A stretch of 32,000 nt of DNA from Mycolicibacterium smegmatis (GTDB lineage: Bacteria; Actinomycetota; Actinomycetes; Mycobacteriales; Mycobacteriaceae), in the NCBI RefSeq assembly GCF_001457595.1, contig NZ_LN831039.1:3900001-3932000 (forward strand), written 5' to 3'. Every line of letters begins with the position of its first letter. Within the stretch, counting starts at the first letter, position 1. A program made the translations under genes and the position numbers. Shown here in pieces: positions 27,225 to 32,000 of the stretch. Under the pieces are notes generated by a model. It saw only the letters and a list, made by a program, of their open reading frames with translations, ran no database searches and was not told the DNA's origin.

Positions 27225-28151
27225 CTATGCGTCAGGTGGTTCCTGCTCGCGCGGCCGGGCGGCTGGCAATCTGCTGGGAGTTCGGACGCGGTACATCACG
27301 AGATCCTCCGGGACGCCGTCGGGACGTGCCGAAAACAGCTGCCGCCGTTCCCGTTTGACGGTCACGCCGAGCTCGGCGAGCTCACCGTCGGCGATCCCCG
27401 CCAACGTGGCGTGCGACACCATCAGCCCGCCCTTGGCGGCGCGTTCCATCACCCGCGCGGTGATGTTGACGTCGACGCCGAGCCAGTCGGACCCGATGCG
27501 CTGCGGCCTGCCGGTGTGGATCCCGACGCGCATGCGCGGCGTGTAACCGTCGACCTCGATTCCCTTGACCGCGTCGAGTGCCACCAGCACGGCCCGCACG
27601 GCGGTCGCCGGGTCGCCGAAGACGGCCATCATGCCGTCGCCCATGCGTTTGACGATGTGACCACCGGCCTCAAGCAGGGGTGGTTCGGCGACCTGCGCGA
27701 CGCGGCGCAGCAATCGCAACGTCGCGTCGTCACCCGCGCGCAGCGACCACGATGAGAAACCGACGAGGTCGGTGAACACCAGGGTGACCTCGCGGTTGGC
27801 GGGTCTGCCGGACACGCGCTCGGTCAGCGCCTGCCACACCTGCAGCGCACCGAGGCTCACCTCGCGGGATGCGGCGTCGCGTTCCAAGAGACGGTCGGCC
27901 ACGCGCGCGGCGGCACGCGGACCGCCGTCGCCGGCCACCGAGAGCGGGTCACCGAATTCGGGATCTCCCGGCAGCGCACGGCGGAAGCGCCGCACCGCGG
28001 CGACCACGCCGGGACTGCGATTCGCGCTCTGCAGCCACCCCAACGGCCCGGGCAGACCGCCGGGTGTCCCCTGAGGTCTTTCGTGCTGCCCCTCGTGACG
28101 AGGGCCTCCCCCGTCTCGGCCGGATCGTTCGCCGAACGATTCGCCTTTCAC
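27225..28151 (-). CDS. Class III adenylate cyclase (Rv1647-like)
   Basis: C-terminal cyclase homology domain (VTLVFTDLVGFSSW, GGHIVKRMGDGMMAVFGDP, RMRVGIHTGRP...DWLGVDVNITARV). The start is uncertain. GTG 28151 gives 308 aa, similar to the 316 aa of Rv1647. GTG 28271 is an alternative. The ORF-track ATG 28508 overlaps the divergent gene and has poor GC3. Confidence 0.85.
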   Translation of the reverse strand: MKGESFGERSGRDGGGPRHEGQHERPQGTPGGLPGPLGWLQSANRSPGVVAAVRRFRRALPGDPEFGDPLSVAGDGGPRAAARVADRLLERDAASREVSLGALQVWQALTERVSGRPANREVTLVFTDLVGFSSWSLRAGDDATLRLLRRVAQVAEPPLLEAGGHIVKRMGDGMMAVFGDPATAVRAVLVALDAVKGIEVDGYTPRMRVGIHTGRPQRIGSDWLGVDVNITARVMERAAKGGLMVSHATLAGIADGELAELGVTVKRERRQLFSARPDGVPEDLVMYRVRTPSRLPAARPREQEPPDA

Positions 28152-28380
28152 AGGCGCAAGAGTATGTGGCCGCAGAACCGACCGGCAATCGTGCGCGTCG
28201 AACGTTTGCCCGCATCGCCGACAGGCGCGATATCGCCGCTGGTCACGGGCATGCTGTGGCCAGATCGCCACGGCGTAACACTTGCGCGGCGAGACGTCGG
28301 GGCGTCGTAGACAACGTTTGTTGTCAGCACTATCGTGAAGGTACTTGTGATGCACGTCACGACATGGACAGGGATGCCGA

Positions 28381-29418
28381 ATGGCCACACGCGCGACCTC
28401 CACCGACACCGCCTCCGACCCGCTCGGACCGGACTCACTGACCTGGAAGTACTTCGGCGATCTGCGTACCGGCATGCTCGGCGTCTGGATCGGCGCGATC
28501 CAGAACATGTACCCAGAACTCGGCGCGGGCGTCGAGGAACACTCGATCCTGTTGCGCGAGCCGCTTCAGCGCGTGGCGCGGTCGGTGTACCCGATCATGG
28601 GCGTGGTCTACGACGGCGACCGCGCACCCGAAACCGGCGCGCAGATCAAGGGATTCCACAAGACCATCAAAGGCGTCGACAGCTCGGGCAGGCGCTACCA
28701 CGCGCTCAACCCCGAGACGTTCTACTGGGCGCACGCCACGTTCTTCATGCTGATCATCAAGACCGCCGAGTACTTCTGCGGTGGCCTGACCGAGGCCGAG
28801 AAGCGTCAACTGTTCGACGAGCACGTGCAGTGGTACCGCATGTACGGCATGAGCATGCGTCCCGTGCCACAGACCTGGGAGGAGTTTCAGGACTACTGGG
28901 ACGCCAAATGCCGCGACGAGCTGGAGATCAACCGCGCGACCCTCGACATCTTCAGCATCCGGATCCCCAAGCCGTGGTTCGTGCTGATGCCCACACCCAT
29001 CTGGGATCAGCTGTTCAAGCCGCTGGTGGGCGCGCAGCGGTGGATCGCGGCGGGCCTGTTCGACCCCGTGGTGCGCGAAAAGGCCGGGATGCGCTGGACT
29101 CCGGGAGACGAGGTGCTGTTGCGCATCTTCGGCAAGGCCGTCGAACTCGCATTCCTCGCGGTGCCCGACGAGATCCGTCTGCACCCGCGTGCGGTGTCGG
29201 CCTACCGCCGCGCGAAGGGCCGCATCCCCGCCGACGCGCCGCTGGTGGAGGCACCGGGCTTCACGGCTCCCCCGAAGGACCGCCGCGGCCTGCCGATGCA
29301 CTACCTGCCGCAGCGGCGGTCGCTGCTGGACCGCGCGGGCGCCCTTGTGCACTCCACACTGTCGCTACCGGCGCTGCGACCTGCCAAGAAGTCGTCTCCA
29401 CGGCGGTCGGCGGCGTGA
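28381..29418 (+). CDS. DUF2236 / MpaB-family (oxygenase-like) protein
   Basis: 345 aa. The N-terminal block (DSLTWKYFGD.R....G.........YPELGAGVEEHS....P..R..RS) and later blocks (GFH..I.G.D..GRRYHALNPETFYWAHATF) are what I recognise as the DUF2236 signature. High GC3. Confidence 0.8.
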   Translation: MATRATSTDTASDPLGPDSLTWKYFGDLRTGMLGVWIGAIQNMYPELGAGVEEHSILLREPLQRVARSVYPIMGVVYDGDRAPETGAQIKGFHKTIKGVDSSGRRYHALNPETFYWAHATFFMLIIKTAEYFCGGLTEAEKRQLFDEHVQWYRMYGMSMRPVPQTWEEFQDYWDAKCRDELEINRATLDIFSIRIPKPWFVLMPTPIWDQLFKPLVGAQRWIAAGLFDPVVREKAGMRWTPGDEVLLRIFGKAVELAFLAVPDEIRLHPRAVSAYRRAKGRIPADAPLVEAPGFTAPPKDRRGLPMHYLPQRRSLLDRAGALVHSTLSLPALRPAKKSSPRRSAA

Positions 29419-29463
29419 TTCTTGACACCTGTCGAGAAGTGATTTTTGACACCTGTCTAAGCT
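29416..29463 (+). promoter_or_regulatory. Tandem 18-bp direct repeat TGATT(C/T)TTGACACCTGTC (29416-29433, 29440-29457; 24-bp period) plus -10-like TAAGCT (29458-29463) upstream of the acyl-CoA dehydrogenase gene
   Basis: Read directly; 17/18 identity. Each copy contains TTGACA and the small dyad GACA-cc-TGTC. TAAGCT ends 6 nt before ATG 29470, compatible with a leaderless transcript. Confidence 0.5.
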
Positions 29464-29469
29464 GTTGTG

Positions 29470-30702
29470 ATGCTTGATTGGTCTGACGTCGATGTGGCCG
29501 TACGCGATGCCGTGCGGGAGTTCGTGGACAAAGAGATCCGGCCGCACCTCGATGAGCTCGAGAGCGGCGACATGGAGCCCTACCCCATCATCCGGAAGCT
29601 GTTCTCCACCTTCGGGATCGACACCATGGCCAAGGAGGCCCTGGACAAGCGCCTGGCCCGGTTGCGCGCCGGCGAGGACAAGCCCGGCAAGTCCTCGGGC
29701 GGTGGCATGTTCGGCGGCGGCTCGCCCGGCATGGGATTCGTGCTGATCAGCGAGTTGTGCCGGGTGTCGATGGGCCTGGTGACGGGCATGGGCGTGAGCC
29801 TGGGCCTGACGGTGCCGACCATCCAGAGCCGGGGCACCCTGGCACAGCAGGAACGCTGGCTGCCGGGTCTGGTGACCTACGAGAAGATCGGCGCGTGGGC
29901 GATCACCGAACCCGATTCGGGTTCCGACGCGTTCGGCGGCATGAAGTCCTATGTGGTGCGCGACGGCGACGACTACATCCTCAACGGCCAGAAGACGTTC
30001 ATCACCAACGGTCCCGACGCCGATGTGGTGGTGGTCTACGCCAAGCTGGACGAGGGTGACGGTGTGGACAAGCGTGACCGCAAGGTACTGACGTTCGTGC
30101 TCGACAAGGGCATGGAGGGCTTCGTGCAGTCGAAGCCGTTCCGCAAGATGGGCATCCACTCGTCGCGCACCGGTGAGCTGTTCTTCAACAACGTCCGCCT
30201 GGGCCGCGACCGCCTGCTCGGCGAGACCGAGGACCACGGCGCGGGCGACGGCCGCGACAGCGCGCGGTCGAGCTTCTCGGCCGAACGCATCGGCGTCGCG
30301 GCCATGGCGCTCGGCGTCATCGAGGAGTGCCTGCGGCTCAGCGTCGACTACGCCAAGAGCCGCAAGCTGTGGGGCCAGGAGATCGGCCAGTTCCAGCTGA
30401 TCCAGCTCAAGCTCGCCAACATGGAAGTCGCGCGGATGAACGTGCGCAACATGCTGTTCCGTGTCATCGAGTCGTCACAGGAAGGCAAGCCGATCTCACT
30501 TGCCGAGGCCTCGGCGATCAAGTGGTACTGCTCGCAGGCCGCCACCGACGTCGCGATGGACGCCGTGCAGCTGTTCGGCGGCAACGGTTACATGACCGAG
30601 TACCGCGTCGAACAGCTCGCACGCGACGCCAAGAGCCTGATGATCTACGCCGGCAGCAACGAGGTGCAGATCACCCACGTGGCGCGGGGTCTGCTCAGCT
30701 AG
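29470..30702 (+). CDS. Acyl-CoA dehydrogenase
   Basis: 410 aa. ACAD blocks GAWAITEPDSGSDA, YILNGQKTFITNG, DAVQLFGGNGY, IYAGSNEVQ. ATG 29470 is preferred over GTG 29467. Confidence 0.9.
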   Translation: MLDWSDVDVAVRDAVREFVDKEIRPHLDELESGDMEPYPIIRKLFSTFGIDTMAKEALDKRLARLRAGEDKPGKSSGGGMFGGGSPGMGFVLISELCRVSMGLVTGMGVSLGLTVPTIQSRGTLAQQERWLPGLVTYEKIGAWAITEPDSGSDAFGGMKSYVVRDGDDYILNGQKTFITNGPDADVVVVYAKLDEGDGVDKRDRKVLTFVLDKGMEGFVQSKPFRKMGIHSSRTGELFFNNVRLGRDRLLGETEDHGAGDGRDSARSSFSAERIGVAAMALGVIEECLRLSVDYAKSRKLWGQEIGQFQLIQLKLANMEVARMNVRNMLFRVIESSQEGKPISLAEASAIKWYCSQAATDVAMDAVQLFGGNGYMTEYRVEQLARDAKSLMIYAGSNEVQITHVARGLLS

Positions 30703-31106
30703 TCGGGCACGACCGCGAGGGCGTCGATCTCCACCAGCATCACCTCGTGCGGCAGTCCGACGAAAACGGTTGTGCGGCAAGGCAGCTGGTCGGAGGTCAC
30801 GTTCTCGGCGATGAACTCTCCGTACACCTCGTTCATCGCGGCGAAGTCCTCGCGCTTGGTGAGGTAGACGCGGAACATCAACACGTCGTCGACGCCTGCC
30901 CCACCCGCGGCGAGAATGGCCTTGACGTTCTCCAGGGTGCGGCGGGTCTGCGCGCGCACGTCTCCTTCGCCGATGTAGGTGTTGGTGGCGGGGTCCATCG
31001 GGCCCTGCCCGGACACCTGCAGCAGGCCGCCCTTCCTGATGCCCTGACTGAAGGTGTGCGCGGGGGCGGGTGCAGCGTCGGTGCGGATGACCTGGGAATC
31101 GGACAC
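30699..31106 (-). CDS. RidA/YjgF/TdcF family (reactive-intermediate deaminase-like) protein
   Basis: 135 aa. SQGIRKGGLLQVSGQGPMDP....IGEGDVRAQTRRTLENVKAILAAGG and a C-terminal VEIDALA are typical of RidA. GTG start with an AAGGAG RBS 7 nt upstream. Confidence 0.88.
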   Translation of the reverse strand: MSDSQVIRTDAAPAPAHTFSQGIRKGGLLQVSGQGPMDPATNTYIGEGDVRAQTRRTLENVKAILAAGGAGVDDVLMFRVYLTKREDFAAMNEVYGEFIAENVTSDQLPCRTTVFVGLPHEVMLVEIDALAVVPD

Positions 31107-31125
31107 GTGAATCTCCTTTGTTCGC

Positions 31126-31881
31126 TCAGCTTTTGACGGTGGGCAGGTAGCCGCAGTCGCGCGAGATGCGTTCGCCGACCTCCTGCAACGGCCCGAGGAG
31201 GTCGAGCACCTCCTCGAACGGCAGTACGACGTTGGGCACCGAGACGCTCACCGCGGCGACAACCCGCCCCGACGCGCCGCGGATCGGCACGCCGATGCAG
31301 TTGATCGACGGTTCATTCTCCTCGCGGTCCTGCGCCCAACCCTGGGCGCGCACCTTGTCGATCTCGGCGAGGAACGCCTCGGGCGTGGTGATGGTGTTGG
31401 GCGTGCGCCGGGTGAAGTCCATGGTCGCGACGAACGGGCGCAACTCGGCATCGGGCAGATCGGCGAGGATCACCTTGGCGACCGCGGTCGAATTGAGGTT
31501 GGCGCTCAACCCGATTCGCGAGAACATCCGGATCTGGTCGTGGGATTCGAGCTTGTCGATGTAGACGATGTCGTTGCCCTCCATCGCCGCGAGATGGGTG
31601 GTGCGGCCGTACGCACGGTTGAACGCCACCAGATGCGGCGACGCGATCGCGCGGATCTCCCGCTGATCGGTTCCCCGCGCGGCCAATTCGAACACCCGCG
31701 ATCCGAGGTGGTAGCGGTTGCTCTGGTCGCGGAAGGTGAACCGCTCGTCGGCGAGCGTGCGCAGCAACCGCAGCACCGTGGTCTTGTGCACGCCGGTCGA
31801 TTGCGCGAGTTCGTCGAGGGTGGCCGGCCCGTTGCCCAGCTGGATCAACAGGTGAAGCGCTCGTGCGACGCTCTGGCTCAT
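31126..31881 (-). CDS. IclR family transcriptional regulator
   Basis: 251 aa. N-terminal wHTH (VARALHLLIQLGNGPATLDELAQSTGVHKTTVLRLLRTL) plus a C-terminal IclR effector domain (INCIGVPIRGASGRVVAAVSVS). Apparently co-transcribed with the RidA gene (19-nt gap). Confidence 0.9.
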   Translation of the reverse strand: MSQSVARALHLLIQLGNGPATLDELAQSTGVHKTTVLRLLRTLADERFTFRDQSNRYHLGSRVFELAARGTDQREIRAIASPHLVAFNRAYGRTTHLAAMEGNDIVYIDKLESHDQIRMFSRIGLSANLNSTAVAKVILADLPDAELRPFVATMDFTRRTPNTITTPEAFLAEIDKVRAQGWAQDREENEPSINCIGVPIRGASGRVVAAVSVSVPNVVLPFEEVLDLLGPLQEVGERISRDCGYLPTVKS

Positions 31882-32000
31882 CGGCTCACATCCCTTCCGG
31901 CAGCGCGAAACCCGCTGTGGTCACGGTAGTCGCCGCCCATTCCGGTGGCGAACATGCGAGCAGGCGTTGCAGCGTGCCGGCGGGCGGTGGCGGCGCCCAG

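Noticed and set aside
31878-32000. Open minus-strand frame running off the window end, whose TGA overlaps the IclR ATG (ATGA)
   Set aside because: Only 40 codons are visible, GC3 is merely moderate and no motif is recognisable. It could be the 3' end of a real upstream gene, but this cannot be supported from the window.

Overview
High-GC actinobacterial core chromosome. The 16S sequence and gene order indicate Mycolicibacterium (Mycobacterium) smegmatis or a very close relative. Left to right: (1) the 5' part of an rRNA operon on the minus strand (partial 23S, tRNA-free ITS, complete 16S, leader and promoter), lying directly downstream of tyrS. From memory this is the arrangement described for M. 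smegmatis rrnB. (2) mpg-tyrS. (3) A two-gene module (small HTH protein plus an orphan ClpC1-N-domain paralogue) behind a palindrome-rich promoter. (4) An ABC-2 efflux operon with its TetR regulator (Rv1687c/86c/85c-like). (5) A minus-strand operon encoding an Rv1683-like lipase/acyl-CoA-synthetase fusion, a secreted protein of unknown function and a Trm112-like protein. (6) An ABC-F ATPase. (7) A long minus-strand housekeeping array: adenylate cyclase (Rv1647-like), polytopic membrane protein (Rv1648-like), pheS, pheT, argC-J-B-D-F-R, argG, argH. (8) A DUF2236/MpaB-like gene, an acyl-CoA dehydrogenase, RidA and an IclR regulator. I see no CRISPR array, transposase, integrase, phage gene, tRNA or recognisable defence system. 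The window is mostly ordinary. The best candidate for something under-described is the HTH + Clp_N pair at 5200-5978 with its perfect 36-bp palindrome over the start codon. This pair interrupts a gene adjacency that is direct in M. tuberculosis. Other points worth a second look: a GC-rich palindromic (REP/MITE-like) repeat family in two intergenic spacers of the phe/arg array, an 18-bp direct repeat pair in front of the acyl-CoA dehydrogenase, palindromes at the ABC operon start, several probable leaderless promoters, and apparently degenerate adenylation motifs in the lipase/FACS fusion. All homology statements come from reading the translations by eye. No searches were run.
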